IMG/VR virus record: IMGVR_UViG_3300032287_000955
Span: 7,676-71,675 of that record
Direction: 5' to 3' (one strand)
DNA length: 64,000 nucleotides
From: a virus
In this document: positions 1 through 10,022 of the stretch, in pieces
How the letters are laid out: each line of letters opens with the position of its first letter
Numbering within the stretch: position 1 is the stretch's first letter
Program-made: the position numbers and the translations under genes
The notes under the pieces: model-generated
Seen by the model: only the letters and a program-made list of their open reading frames with translations
What the model was told of the DNA's origin: nothing
Database searches by the model: none

Positions 1-366
1 GATTGCATCTTCAAGATTTTCATATGATCCGTCAAAATTTGTTGATGCTCCGTAACCATCGCCTGTGTCCTCAGAATGGATTAATGCTACAAACTGATTG
101 GCGCCCGAAGCTGTTGGTTTTCCAACATAGTAAATCTCTGCACGACTTTGTAAACCTGCTACTGCTTTGTACATGTTACTGTTAGCAATAGTAGGTGTTG
201 TGGTAAAGTTAATAGTTGCTGATACAACCTTAATTGCTGTTAGTGTAGGAGTACCAAAACTGGTGTAAGGCCCAACGCCTGATGCACCATCACCTAACAA
301 CTTTCTTGCATTGGCATCAACATTAACTAGTGTACCTGTTGCTGCGGTTCCGTATAAATCTGCCAT
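1..366 (-). CDS. Hypothetical (probably virion) protein, truncated by the window edge
   Basis: ATG at 366-364 overlaps the upstream stop (TAATG); frame stays open to base 1 (MADLYGTAATGTLVNVDANARKLLGDG...); absent from the ORF track because it has no stop in the window. Confidence 0.7.
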   Translation of the reverse strand, partial: MADLYGTAATGTLVNVDANARKLLGDGASGVGPYTSFGTPTLTAIKVVSATINFTTTPTIANSNMYKAVAGLQSRAEIYYVGKPTASGANQFVALIHSEDTGDGYGASTNFDGSYENLEDAI

Positions 367-1085
367 TATTTTGCTCCTTTAGCTTCTGCTAGGCGTTGCA
401 ATAGTTCTGCACGAATAGAAGCACGTAGTTCATCTTTGCTTTCTGGCATTGCCATCGGATTGTCGCCTTGTTTGTAACTATGTTTAACCATTTGCTTAGG
501 CTTGTTCATGCCACCTGCAAGTTTGTTAACCATATAATCTGTATCTTTGTATTCAGAACCTTGGTCCCCAGGAGCTGAATTGCCAAATGCTTCATCTTCT
601 TTTTCTTCTGGTTCTTCACCTTTCTTTTCCATATCATGATCATCCATATCATGATCGCCGTCGTTATCTTGGTCTAGGCCTTTGATTGGCATGTCTTTCT
701 CGCCCCCAGACATGTCGTCATCTGAATCTAAATCTGGTAACATTTTTAACGGACCGCTATCTAGATTACCTAATCCACCCAGTGGAGGTAACCCTGCTGG
801 TTTGTCCATAGGCTCTATCTCTATGCTAGGAGCACTTATAGGAGATGGTTGGTTGATCATATCCGGATTAACTTTGGTCATTAACTTCATTAATTCAGCA
901 ATGTCATCTAAACCTTGAGCATTAAGATTTACGCTCATGCTTGGCGGTGGAGTATCTTTATGCTCCATGCCCATTGGTGCTGGAGGCATATCGCCACATT
1001 CTTCTATGGATGCTTCATTAGTCTGTGCCTCTGGTACTGGTTGATCTAACTCTTGCATCTTTGATAATAACTGTTGAAAGTTCAT
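366..1085 (-). CDS. Acidic low-complexity protein, possible head internal/core protein
   Basis: 239-aa ORF coupled to both neighbours (ATGA, TAATG); D/E/P/M-rich; DxDxDG loop (DQDNDGD). Confidence 0.6.
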   Translation of the reverse strand: MNFQQLLSKMQELDQPVPEAQTNEASIEECGDMPPAPMGMEHKDTPPPSMSVNLNAQGLDDIAELMKLMTKVNPDMINQPSPISAPSIEIEPMDKPAGLPPLGGLGNLDSGPLKMLPDLDSDDDMSGGEKDMPIKGLDQDNDGDHDMDDHDMEKKGEEPEEKEDEAFGNSAPGDQGSEYKDTDYMVNKLAGGMNKPKQMVKHSYKQGDNPMAMPESKDELRASIRAELLQRLAEAKGAK

Positions 1086-1666
1086 TTTTCTTGTCCTTTT
1101 AGTCGAGCCGGCGTTTTACTTAAAGGAGATTGAGCCCCCGCCTTGTCTTGTTTTTGTTTTGAAATCTTATATTCAACTTGAGTACCTTCTTTTTTACGCT
1201 CTTTAGATGCTTTGCTCAAGTCTTTTAGGAAATTCTTGTTGAAATCGTCGCCAAAATAATCTTTGACTTTAACTTTTCCTATGGTCATTTCTGGTTCTTC
1301 GAGAACTGATTCGCCGCTTGGTTCTAGATCAAATCCTGCGTGTTCTGCTTCTGCAGGATCTCCGCTGTTTCTAACTCTAAAATTAGATGATGGAACTAAC
1401 CATTTAACATGCTCAGATAATTCTGGTGTTGTAATTGGGTATTCGCAAATGACCTCAAAAGTATGCACTTCCATATTTTCTAAATCAGGGAAGTCTAGTG
1501 GTTTTGCTTGGATAGGTGTTTTAGATTTTTCAATAACTGTAGGATTTGCTTTACCTAAACAATCTTTTAAATCTTTAACAAAATTCTCAGGCAACTCACC
1601 TGCTACCTTTAATCTAAAAGGGTATACTTTTTTGGATTCGTTAAGATATTCTTTAAAAGTCTTCAT
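1082..1666 (-). CDS. Hypothetical protein with capsid-targeting-like N-terminus
   Basis: 194 aa; MKTFKEYLNE resembles the N-terminal targeting peptide of T4 internal proteins; TAAATA box 5 nt upstream. Confidence 0.6.
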   Translation of the reverse strand: MKTFKEYLNESKKVYPFRLKVAGELPENFVKDLKDCLGKANPTVIEKSKTPIQAKPLDFPDLENMEVHTFEVICEYPITTPELSEHVKWLVPSSNFRVRNSGDPAEAEHAGFDLEPSGESVLEEPEMTIGKVKVKDYFGDDFNKNFLKDLSKASKERKKEGTQVEYKISKQKQDKAGAQSPLSKTPARLKGQEK

Positions 1667-1674
1667 AGTTGTAT

Positions 1675-2160
1675 TTAGTTCTTTTGACCCAATTTCTTAA
1701 GCAGTTCGTTACGATCAGTTATCACGTAACCCTGCCCATTTATAACATCATTTGGGTCTGTGTTGGAGTCATTGTCAATTTTCAATTTTTTCAACTGTAA
1801 ATCAACAGCTTTTAATTTTTTATCAATTTTAGCAGTTTTAGCTGCGATAGCATTACCCATCATAGAACTGGCTACTTCAAAAATACGCCCGCTATAGCGT
1901 ACTTCTACATTCATGCCCAAATCCATTAAATCGTCGTATGCTTGTTCTGCTTTAGTAGCTAAATGATCTAGCTCTTTATCGTCGAGCTCATTTAATTCTT
2001 TTATCTGTGGTAGTCCACGGGTTATTTCCTGTACTGCCTGTAACTGTGTTTCTAGACTGTTAATTTCTTCGTGAACAGGCTTTTCAACAGCAACTTCGGG
2101 CTCTACTGTTTCTGGTTTTGCTTCGTCTAAATTAAAGAGTTCTTCTAATTTTTTCGTCAT
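1675..2160 (-). CDS. Probable terminase small subunit (gp16-like)
   Basis: 161-aa helical protein; SGRIFEVA recalls the HPRAYEVA segment of T4-like small terminases; C-terminal TDRNELLKKL. Confidence 0.55.
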   Translation of the reverse strand: MTKKLEELFNLDEAKPETVEPEVAVEKPVHEEINSLETQLQAVQEITRGLPQIKELNELDDKELDHLATKAEQAYDDLMDLGMNVEVRYSGRIFEVASSMMGNAIAAKTAKIDKKLKAVDLQLKKLKIDNDSNTDPNDVINGQGYVITDRNELLKKLGQKN

Positions 2161-2167
2161 ACTATAC

Positions 2168-2608
2168 TTATTTCCGTTTGCCGCCTTGGTGAAAAATATC
2201 TCCTTCGTTTACTATTCGAAATCTAACACCTTTCTGTTTACACCAAGCCTGGGCAGCTTCCCATTTTGCCATATTTTTAACATATTGTTGTTGATTATAT
2301 TGGCTCTTACCTACGCTTTCTAACCGTGTTTGACTCAGGGGTTTTATTTCTACAACTTCGGCGTGTTTTTTTCCGTTCTTATCTACATAGTTGATAAAAA
2401 AATCAGGAACATATATTGTGTGCTTGCCAGTTAGGGGATCTCTGTAGGGGATTTGTATGCTTTCGCTGGCCCATTTCTCAACACCAGGGTGCTCGTCAAG
2501 CATTTTCATAAAAACAAATTCCCAACTGCTGCGAGCCAATGGTGTTTTAATCCCGACATACTTTTCAGGATTTTTCATATCAAATCGACCCTGAGCAAAT
2601 TTTGGCAT
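2168..2608 (-). CDS. gp4: Head completion protein (gp4, TnsA-like nuclease fold)
   Basis: RSSWE..FM...D....V..WASE.I.IPY, YVPDFF, VEIKP..QT, N.AKWEAA motifs. Confidence 0.85.
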   Translation of the reverse strand: MPKFAQGRFDMKNPEKYVGIKTPLARSSWEFVFMKMLDEHPGVEKWASESIQIPYRDPLTGKHTIYVPDFFINYVDKNGKKHAEVVEIKPLSQTRLESVGKSQYNQQQYVKNMAKWEAAQAWCKQKGVRFRIVNEGDIFHQGGKRK

Positions 2609-2973
2609 TACGGTATTATATTTCTAACTTGGCTAGGTATCACCGGTTCGGTTCTAAAGCCCAATGTTGAAATTGGAGTTCGGTTGTTATTTAAAATCTC
2701 GCCTACGATTGAACTGATATCCATATTTGGATATTCGCCTAATGAATCAAGTATCTGAAAAAGTGGAGTGTTATCAAGTTTAGCCTGTTTTAAAATCGTA
2801 GTAGCTACCACAATCGACGCTTCTTTACCAAATCCTCTTTTTTCAAAGAATGCTGTAGCAGCCGAAACATCTATGGCGTTGAATTCTAAAGGCTCAACTC
2901 CGTAATTGTCAAAGAATAATTTAGTACCAGCGGCACTATCTTGAGAAACTGTTGATGGTAAATTTGTTGCCAT
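2608..2973 (-). CDS. Hypothetical protein
   Basis: 121-aa ORF coupled to neighbours by TAATG overlaps. Confidence 0.6.
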   Translation of the reverse strand: MATNLPSTVSQDSAAGTKLFFDNYGVEPLEFNAIDVSAATAFFEKRGFGKEASIVVATTILKQAKLDNTPLFQILDSLGEYPNMDISSIVGEILNNNRTPISTLGFRTEPVIPSQVRNIIP

Positions 2974-4085
2974 TATGCTACGTTCCCTGGTCCTGCTGGG
3001 AAATCTCCAACTAACGATTTAGGTTTAGCTTCTGTTGGAGTTTCTCTAGTACTCTTAGGAAATACTGTACCCACCACACCGCCTACTGTAGAAACAGCAG
3101 TTGCGATATTTGCAGGATTACTTAAAATATTAATTGCTTCGTTTTTAAGACCTTCTTTAGTAAGTCCTTTAAAATTTTTATAAGTGTTAAGTGTTTTAAT
3201 TGCTGTACCTAAGAAACCCCCAACGCTGTCAAAGGTATTGCCACTGCTGATATCTCCGAAGATCTGTTCTAGGCCATCTAGCACACCACCTTCTCCTGCA
3301 AGATTACTTACTCCACCACCTGCAACGCTTAATGGACTAGGTACTGTGTCGTAGTGCAGAGTAGCAAATCCTTTGGGATTATTCACCGACACTGTGCCTG
3401 CTGAATATTTCACTGCTTCGTATTCTAAAGTCATTTGACTTTCCAGTGTGTCACTTTCGGCATAGGCAACTGATCCATGATTCCAACTTTTGATTTTTGG
3501 ATTCACTAATGTATAACCTAAAAATCTACGTCGACTCATTGTGTAGATGCTGATGGATTTAAAGAACGGAGTTTTGATATCATTGTCCATACCATATCTA
3601 AAATTATCTACAGGAGTTTTTGTTGCCCTAAATTGCGTGGCACCGTATGCTGCTAGAGGTTGAGACCTGTCAGCGATATAATAACCATAGTAGATTGCCC
3701 ACAGTGCATTTACAATTCCTGCATTGTCGTCATGCAATGTAAGATTAACAGACTCATAATTGATCTGTTTATAAACAACTTTTTTTCTGTTGTATTGATT
3801 TTTTACAACTGTGTCAAAACTGTATTTAGGTAAGTCCGCAGATTTTACCAACATGCCAACTTCTGTTCCATGTTTTGCTGTGAATGACGGTGCCTTATGT
3901 GCTGTTGAGTCAATCTCAAATCGCACATAGAACATGAACTTTGTTCTAGGCGACAGTCTATAGGTGTCGTCGATAAAGATTCTAGTTGCGTGTTGCCAGT
4001 TGGATACTAATCCTTTAGGATTAGTAATTCCTTTGACTGCACCAGAAGCAAAGTCATTTAAAAAACGTGTGAATTTATTGGCCAT
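2973..4085 (-). CDS. Tail-tube-like baseplate/tube initiator protein (gp48/gp54-like)
   Basis: Tube-fold motifs VKSADLPKY, YESVNLTLHDD, QMTLEYE; adjacent to the tube gene. Confidence 0.6.
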   Translation of the reverse strand: MANKFTRFLNDFASGAVKGITNPKGLVSNWQHATRIFIDDTYRLSPRTKFMFYVRFEIDSTAHKAPSFTAKHGTEVGMLVKSADLPKYSFDTVVKNQYNRKKVVYKQINYESVNLTLHDDNAGIVNALWAIYYGYYIADRSQPLAAYGATQFRATKTPVDNFRYGMDNDIKTPFFKSISIYTMSRRRFLGYTLVNPKIKSWNHGSVAYAESDTLESQMTLEYEAVKYSAGTVSVNNPKGFATLHYDTVPSPLSVAGGGVSNLAGEGGVLDGLEQIFGDISSGNTFDSVGGFLGTAIKTLNTYKNFKGLTKEGLKNEAINILSNPANIATAVSTVGGVVGTVFPKSTRETPTEAKPKSLVGDFPAGPGNVA

Positions 4086-4101
4086 ACAATATTTATGTCA
4101 C

Positions 4102-4128
4102 AAAAAAACCCGAGATAACCTCGGGTTT
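4102..4128 (-). terminator. Intrinsic terminator after the tail tube gene
   Basis: AAACCCGAG-GTTAT-CTCGGGTTT followed by a T-run on the minus strand. Confidence 0.8.
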
Positions 4129-4147
4129 ATTTTGTTTATTTCTATAA

Positions 4148-4783
4148 TTAAGCTGTTTGTGTACCAGCGCCAGTGATAGCTTGACCAAGAGTACGACCAA
4201 CTGTTGCACCAATACCAACACCAACGTCTGCTGCACCTGCACCCCATTGCTCCATGTTATCGAAGCGGATTGTAAGTGCTACTGTTGCTGCTTCGTTAGT
4301 GCCATAGTTCATGTCACCGTAGTCAGCGTTCATTACGATACAACCGTAGCAGTTAATTGTTTCTAATGTGTTTGGAGTTAGAGCAGCGTTTCCACCGTCT
4401 AATACTTCAATACGTGTTGTAAACTTGTAATCGATACCAGAACGTGCAGATGCTTGTTCTAGGAAGTCGAATTGTTTCTGGATTTGTTGTCCAACTAGTT
4501 TTTGTACTTCACCACTAGCATCATCGCGTAGTGTTAATGTTAGAGTTTCGAAGCTTGGCTTACCAGCTAGGTATACCTTTGAGTTGTAAACATCCAACGC
4601 AATTTCTTCAAAGTTTACTTTAGGACGAGTTACATCTGCGACTTGTTTTGTTAGTTCTGTCGCTGCTGAAACACCAAAGCCTAGGAGAGTTACTCTAAAG
4701 CGATATTTCAGTTTCGGCATTAGAAGTACTTGCGTACCTCCAGCCGTTGGAACTGTCATGTTATTTAATGAGGTAATAGGCAT
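4148..4783 (-). CDS. gp19: Tail tube protein
   Basis: PKLKYRFRV, YLAGK..FETLTLTLRDD, LTIRFD motifs; directly downstream of the sheath gene. Confidence 0.85.
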   Translation of the reverse strand: MPITSLNNMTVPTAGGTQVLLMPKLKYRFRVTLLGFGVSAATELTKQVADVTRPKVNFEEIALDVYNSKVYLAGKPSFETLTLTLRDDASGEVQKLVGQQIQKQFDFLEQASARSGIDYKFTTRIEVLDGGNAALTPNTLETINCYGCIVMNADYGDMNYGTNEAATVALTIRFDNMEQWGAGAADVGVGIGATVGRTLGQAITGAGTQTA

Positions 4784-4785
4784 TT

Positions 4786-7700
4786 TTAAATCTCTCCTGT
4801 GTTCTTGACACGTAATGGAATGTAGATAAATTCAACCGCTTTTACTGGTTCAATCGCAATGTCTACATACAATTCATTACGATCAATTCTTGCTGGTGTG
4901 TTATTGCTTTCATCACACACAACTGCGAAGTCGTATAAAGCTCTTAAACCTACAAGTTCGAGTAATAAGCTCTCACATGCTTGTTTGATTTCATCACGTG
5001 TGATTTTATCATTTGGTTCAAAGATATATGGACGAGCAAGTTTATTCAACTGGCTACGTAGATATACTACTAAACGTGCTACGTTGATACGATCCAATGC
5101 ACTTGCATTTCTTGCACGAGTTTTTTGACCATAGTTAACTAAGCCAACACCGTTAAAGAATGTAATTGGATTAATTTTCAAGTCATATAGTGTATCACGC
5201 TGTCCTTCATTTAGAGCAACTGTTTGGAACTCACCGCTTAATGAATCAATATAACCAACTGCTGTTGCGTTAGTAATACCACCACGTCTTGTACCAGCCG
5301 GTGCAAACCACGGATAAGCAACATTATCACTTAGTGCAATGGTCTTTAACATCATGTGTGCTGGAGGAACAACTGCATTAGAACCGCTTAGATCTGTGGT
5401 AAATCCGCTTGGATAAAATACTGCTGCATATTCATCGTATGACACTAAACCATTATCGCCGTTATCTGTTACTAGTTCAGCGTTTGAACCCCAATTTGTT
5501 AATGTTGTAGCATCTGCTGCTAAACGGAATGGAGTGTCACCAACTACAAACGCTGTTAGTCCACGATCAATGTTTAAGTTGATCAAGTTGCTTAACAATT
5601 CTGTGTATCCTGGAGCAGCAATTAAGTTAAAGTTACGACGCTCTTCATCACGGATTGCTGAACTTGTGTCAACAACGCTCTTTAGAGCTGCTACAACAAC
5701 ACCACGTTGTGCATGACGACCAAAGCTGCCAGAACCATCTTCGTTGTTTGGTGAAGCTGTAACCCAACGATCGGTTGCATAAGTATTCATCGCGCCACCA
5801 CTAGTTGGAGATTCTCCAATTGGGTTGAACGAAGCATTATAACGTTCGTTATCTTTGGCTTGATCAATATAGCTGTTTCTGTATTTCTTAACATTACCAC
5901 CGCTTCTGCGTAGATTCCATAACAGCATGCCTTGTGGATATAGTGCAGGATCTGGACTATCTGGATCAACAAAGTTGCTGACTAATAGATCTTCAATTGT
6001 TGTTTGTGTTGAAGGTAGTACGGATCCAGAATCACCCCAACGTGCATCAGCAAACAAAATTCCTGATTCTGTTAATTGGTCGGTTTTGTCAACTAATTCC
6101 CACTTCGTTGCAGCAGGTCCGTTCAACGAACTATTGTAACGATAGATTGTTGGGAAGTTTTCTAAGTCTGCTGTGCTAATCCATAAATCGCCGTCGACTG
6201 TTTCGCCTGAAATATAAGGATTCGATGCTGCCACACTTGGAGCATATCCTTCGTGTGCAGGATTTTTTGCATTGTATGGAGATTCTGCATTTCTATAACC
6301 AACCCAAACATTTCCGTTGTGGATCATAATATCCACATCGCTGAATTCTGGGTTATACCATAGTTGTCCGTCTTGCGGTTCATTTAATGGCTCATCAGCA
6401 GTAACTTGTGCTGAGCTGTCAATCAACGGAGCCCACAATGTAGCTACGTAGTTGTATGTGCTATCTCCAACCGGTACTAGATAAACATTCGATGAATCAC
6501 TAAACAAGTTACCTAGGTTTACAGTTCCTGAACTGAATCTAAAATCGCCACCTAGTTTGTGTGTGATTTGTACTCTGTTATCTGTAGTAACACTAGCTTC
6601 TAAGTTAACGAATCCAGCTGCGTTTATTGCTGTAGCAATTTTGTCTGCCCATACACCCGGTGTAGCTGTAGACAGTAATGTGATTGAAATTGTTTTAGTG
6701 GCTTCAAGATCTTTGTTACCAACAACAGTTTCTGCCATTTCAAAATCATATGTTCCAGCAGTTTTAGTTCCAGCTACCGCAGAAACAATAGTTGTTGCTC
6801 CGGCTGCTTTTCTCTTGAACAAACTGAATACTGCGGTTTCTGGAGTTTCTTCACCGGTTTCTTCGCTGACGTTTGTTTGTGCATACAAATCATTTGCTGC
6901 TAATCCAGCGCCACCGCCTGTGCGATCTAGATAATAAATTGCTTGGCTATTTGATTTGTACAGTGGACATTCATAGCTAACCCAAGTTTCCGAGCCGCTG
7001 TCCCAACGCTTGATTCTTAAACGAGCGCCGCCATTTGGTTCTGTGGTCTTGATCCATACTGAACCTGTAGGAGACCCATTGTTATAAGTTGTAGATGATC
7101 TCTTCCATTGTGGAACTTGTGTATGTGGTGTTTGCTGTAGTTTAGGTGCAGAATAAGTTCCTACAACTAGTCCTATTTCTGTAGCATCACCGGTTGTGGA
7201 TGCAATTTCTACAACTCCGTCGTTTGATGTTCCGTCTGCGTAAATGTAAAGTCTTCCTGAGCTGTCTTTAGCTGCGGTAATTCCGCCACCGGCAGTATTA
7301 ATTTTGGTTATTGCAGAATCAATATCATCTGTGGTTAAAATGCTAATAGTGGCTCCGTCATTAAATTTAAGTCCCACAGTTGCAGTAGGTGAACTGTAGA
7401 CTTTTGTGCCGCCCGCAACTGGTAAGCTGGCTTTCCAATCTGCACTGCCAACTAATACCCATGAACCTGCATCAACGCCTGCTCCAGAATTACCTGCTGA
7501 TTTATAATAAATTCTAGCTGTTTTATCTGTGGTTGAATCTTGTAGTACAACAGCATAATCACCGATAGAACCTACTGATGTTTTTGGTTCACCGCTGTCG
7601 ATTTTAGAATCTGTGTCATCGGTTAACACTATAGGAGTTTTAGTTGTGAACTTTTGACCACCTACAGTAGTGGCTGCATTGCCGTTCCATTCTTGGATTC

Positions 7701-8136
7701 CCCAAACTGAAGTCTGTGAGTCAATCCACCATGCGCCATCATCTGGCATTGCTCCCGGGGCTGTGGCTGATGCTTCTAATTGGTTTAAATCTACGTCTGC
7801 ACGAACAATGAATGCTGCATTGCTAACACCTAATAAACTATAGGCTGCTAACAGACCATATTCGTTACGTTCACCGCCATGCACGGGATTAGATGAAGCT
7901 GTTTTCTCAAAAAACGGAACACCAAAAGTATCTACTAGATCCTTTTGACTTGTCATTTTAAATGCCTGTCCAGCATTCGCTTTTGTGGTTCCCGAAGCAG
8001 TGCTTGTGCCTGCTCCATTTAATTTATCTTGGGCTGTCGCTACAATGATAAGAGGAGTTGTACCAGGTTCTGCTGGTGTGTAAAAACTCTCGTCAACTAC
8101 CGTAACTGATACGCCTGGTGATTGTAATGTTGCCAT
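4786..8136 (-). CDS. gp18: Contractile tail sheath protein with a large internal insertion
   Basis: N-terminal LQSPGVSVTVVDES; C-terminal PWFAPAG..RG, RDTLYDLKINPI, LDRINVARL, FEPND..TR, VCDESNNTP..IDRNEL, EFIYI. Confidence 0.95.
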   Translation of the reverse strand: MATLQSPGVSVTVVDESFYTPAEPGTTPLIIVATAQDKLNGAGTSTASGTTKANAGQAFKMTSQKDLVDTFGVPFFEKTASSNPVHGGERNEYGLLAAYSLLGVSNAAFIVRADVDLNQLEASATAPGAMPDDGAWWIDSQTSVWGIQEWNGNAATTVGGQKFTTKTPIVLTDDTDSKIDSGEPKTSVGSIGDYAVVLQDSTTDKTARIYYKSAGNSGAGVDAGSWVLVGSADWKASLPVAGGTKVYSSPTATVGLKFNDGATISILTTDDIDSAITKINTAGGGITAAKDSSGRLYIYADGTSNDGVVEIASTTGDATEIGLVVGTYSAPKLQQTPHTQVPQWKRSSTTYNNGSPTGSVWIKTTEPNGGARLRIKRWDSGSETWVSYECPLYKSNSQAIYYLDRTGGGAGLAANDLYAQTNVSEETGEETPETAVFSLFKRKAAGATTIVSAVAGTKTAGTYDFEMAETVVGNKDLEATKTISITLLSTATPGVWADKIATAINAAGFVNLEASVTTDNRVQITHKLGGDFRFSSGTVNLGNLFSDSSNVYLVPVGDSTYNYVATLWAPLIDSSAQVTADEPLNEPQDGQLWYNPEFSDVDIMIHNGNVWVGYRNAESPYNAKNPAHEGYAPSVAASNPYISGETVDGDLWISTADLENFPTIYRYNSSLNGPAATKWELVDKTDQLTESGILFADARWGDSGSVLPSTQTTIEDLLVSNFVDPDSPDPALYPQGMLLWNLRRSGGNVKKYRNSYIDQAKDNERYNASFNPIGESPTSGGAMNTYATDRWVTASPNNEDGSGSFGRHAQRGVVVAALKSVVDTSSAIRDEERRNFNLIAAPGYTELLSNLINLNIDRGLTAFVVGDTPFRLAADATTLTNWGSNAELVTDNGDNGLVSYDEYAAVFYPSGFTTDLSGSNAVVPPAHMMLKTIALSDNVAYPWFAPAGTRRGGITNATAVGYIDSLSGEFQTVALNEGQRDTLYDLKINPITFFNGVGLVNYGQKTRARNASALDRINVARLVVYLRSQLNKLARPYIFEPNDKITRDEIKQACESLLLELVGLRALYDFAVVCDESNNTPARIDRNELYVDIAIEPVKAVEFIYIPLRVKNTGEI

Positions 8137-8170
8137 TCCCTATTTCTCCTGGTAATAGTGTTTCTCAAAG

Positions 8171-8238
8171 TATTTAGCGGTTAATAGGAAAATTGGCTGC
8201 TTTACCTTATTGAAAAAGGGGCGAAAAAGGTGTAAATA
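8171..8238. promoter_or_regulatory. Back-to-back late-promoter-like TAAATA boxes (sheath; HNH gene)
   Basis: TAAATA on minus at 8171-8176 and on plus at 8233-8238; core of the T4 late promoter TATAAATA. Confidence 0.6.
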
Positions 8239-8243
8239 TCTTT

Positions 8244-8579
8244 ATGAGACCACTTTGCAAGTGCGGATATCGCCCTAGAGCGGTAAACTATAAAAAAAAT
8301 GGTAGGGTTTATTATCGTAGACTCTGTGAAATCTGCATGAGTCACGGGATCAATCACGGAATTCCTCGTTGGCAACAACTAGGTTATCAAATAAAACTTC
8401 AATGTGAAAAATGCGGTTTTAAATCACAGCACAAAGAAGTTTTCCGTGTATTTCATATAGACGGAAATCTTGACAATTGCAGATACAGTAACTTAAAAAC
8501 AGTCTGCTGTAACTGTGCTCAGATACTAGGCAAAGAGGGTATTACCTGGAAGCAGGGTGATTTGATCGCTGACTACTAG
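8244..8579 (+). CDS. Zn-finger/HNH-like protein
   Basis: CKC, CEIC, CEKC, HIDGNLDN..N..CCNC pattern. Confidence 0.75.
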   Translation: MRPLCKCGYRPRAVNYKKNGRVYYRRLCEICMSHGINHGIPRWQQLGYQIKLQCEKCGFKSQHKEVFRVFHIDGNLDNCRYSNLKTVCCNCAQILGKEGITWKQGDLIADY

Positions 8580-9182
8580 ATCCTTGGCCTGTGTATACAA
8601 CTCGTCTATGGTTCCGTTGTTATCAATAACAAAGTCAAAGTTTGTTCCAACCCAAGCAGTTTCGCTGGCGTGTATCTTTTTCATTTTTAATTCGTTGAGT
8701 GCGATATTACTGCCTTTATTTGCTTCGACAGCAGTTTCGTACCAGCTAGGCAGGGCACCACGTTGCACCCATATGATAACTCCGCCTGCATCTTTGATAC
8801 TTTTAATTTCATTAGGAAATCGACAATCGCTGATTACCACATGATCTCTAGAGTTACGGAGTTTGTTTTCTAGGCTAGCAATCCAAATATCGTCATGGAA
8901 TGCTTTGCGACATACTTCTGTGCCCCAATATTGCAAGACCCAACGAGGAGTAAGTGTAGGCATGTCTAAGCGTTCTGCCCACCAAGGATCTACCTGTTCA
9001 CGCCACTCGCGGGCTTCTTTAGTACGGCCTTCTAGCATGGTTCTGTCCCAGCCAAAGACTGCGCTTACCGCATCTTTGAGTGTGCTGGCAAATGACTCTC
9101 GTCTAAATTCGTGGAAGTTAACTAGATAGTCAGCGACTGTGTCCTTGCCGCTGCCGATAAATCCGCAAATACCTATGATCAT
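8526..9182 (-). CDS. gp1: Deoxynucleoside monophosphate kinase
   Basis: N-terminal P-loop GFIGSGKDT, SFA..LKD, TPRWVLQYWGTE..R, VISDCRFPNE, HASE. Confidence 0.9.
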   Translation of the reverse strand: MIIGICGFIGSGKDTVADYLVNFHEFRRESFASTLKDAVSAVFGWDRTMLEGRTKEAREWREQVDPWWAERLDMPTLTPRWVLQYWGTEVCRKAFHDDIWIASLENKLRNSRDHVVISDCRFPNEIKSIKDAGGVIIWVQRGALPSWYETAVEANKGSNIALNELKMKKIHASETAWVGTNFDFVIDNNGTIDELYTQAKDLVVSDQITLLPGNTLFA

Positions 9183-9201
9183 AATTGTCTCCTATAAGAC
9201 T

Positions 9202-9230
9202 ATTATAATATAGATTTATTAAAATGTCAA
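9202..9230 (-). promoter_or_regulatory. Consensus sigma70 promoter for the dNMP kinase gene
   Basis: Exact TTGACA-17 nt-TATAAT, followed by AGGAG and ATG. Confidence 0.85.
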
Positions 9231-9236
9231 ACTTTT

Positions 9237-9995
9237 TTAACCAATAATCCAGCTGTAGCCCATACCGCCTGGTACAAGTTTCATTAAATCTTCAGTTAGT
9301 TTGTCAATTTCAGTTTGCCCTTCTGCTTTAATAGCAGTACCATTTAAAGATCCGCCACCTTGTGGTCCAGCAATTTGGCTGAATTTCTCACGGGCCTGTC
9401 CAAGCATTATTTTACAGTTGGCAAGAGTGTAGTCTTTTATCCACTGTCCTGAATAGACATCATCGATAATAGCAAAGTCTGGCTTGGTGTTATAAACCTC
9501 AAGCATCACAGATTCTTCACCTCTGGGTCTTTGATGAATAATCAATTTACGGCTTTGCGGATGCCATGTAAAATTAATAAACGATCCAAACATCTTACCT
9601 ACTAGTTCTTGATATTGGGCAAATAGTTCGTAAGTTAGTAACCCGCCCATGTTAGTTGATGATAACAAATAAGTGTTTGTGTAAGCTAAGTTAAATGGCT
9701 CAAACACTGTGCCACCTGTGCCGTTACCTGTACGTGACCCTACACTTCTACGGAAAATCTGCCTAACCTGTTGTATTTCTTTAGGAAGAATATATTCGTT
9801 TTGGGCTTCTGTTAATGTTAGAAATGCATAGCTTTCTTCTACCGCATTATCACTGCGTTGACGGAACACCGCTAGTGCGCGATTAAGTGCTGTTTCGTAA
9901 TGGATAGGGTCTAGTTCTACGTCAATCATGCCATCACCTAGCATGGTTTTGCAGTAGTTAAAAACCGCTTGTTTTGCTTGATCGTTTGAGCTCAT
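9237..9995 (-). CDS. gp13: Neck protein gp13-like
   Basis: LG..MIDVEL; WIKDYTLA.CK..LGQAREKF..IAGPQGG.SLNG..IK.E. Confidence 0.85.
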   Translation of the reverse strand: MSSNDQAKQAVFNYCKTMLGDGMIDVELDPIHYETALNRALAVFRQRSDNAVEESYAFLTLTEAQNEYILPKEIQQVRQIFRRSVGSRTGNGTGGTVFEPFNLAYTNTYLLSSTNMGGLLTYELFAQYQELVGKMFGSFINFTWHPQSRKLIIHQRPRGEESVMLEVYNTKPDFAIIDDVYSGQWIKDYTLANCKIMLGQAREKFSQIAGPQGGGSLNGTAIKAEGQTEIDKLTEDLMKLVPGGMGYSWIIG

Positions 9996-10000
9996 ATAAC

Positions 10001-10021
10001 TATTTATCGTAGCGGTAAATA
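10001..10021. promoter_or_regulatory. Divergent late-promoter-like boxes for gp13 and gp14
   Basis: TAAATA on minus at 10001-10006 and on plus at 10016-10021 within a 27-nt gap. Confidence 0.6.
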
Positions 10022-10022
10022 T

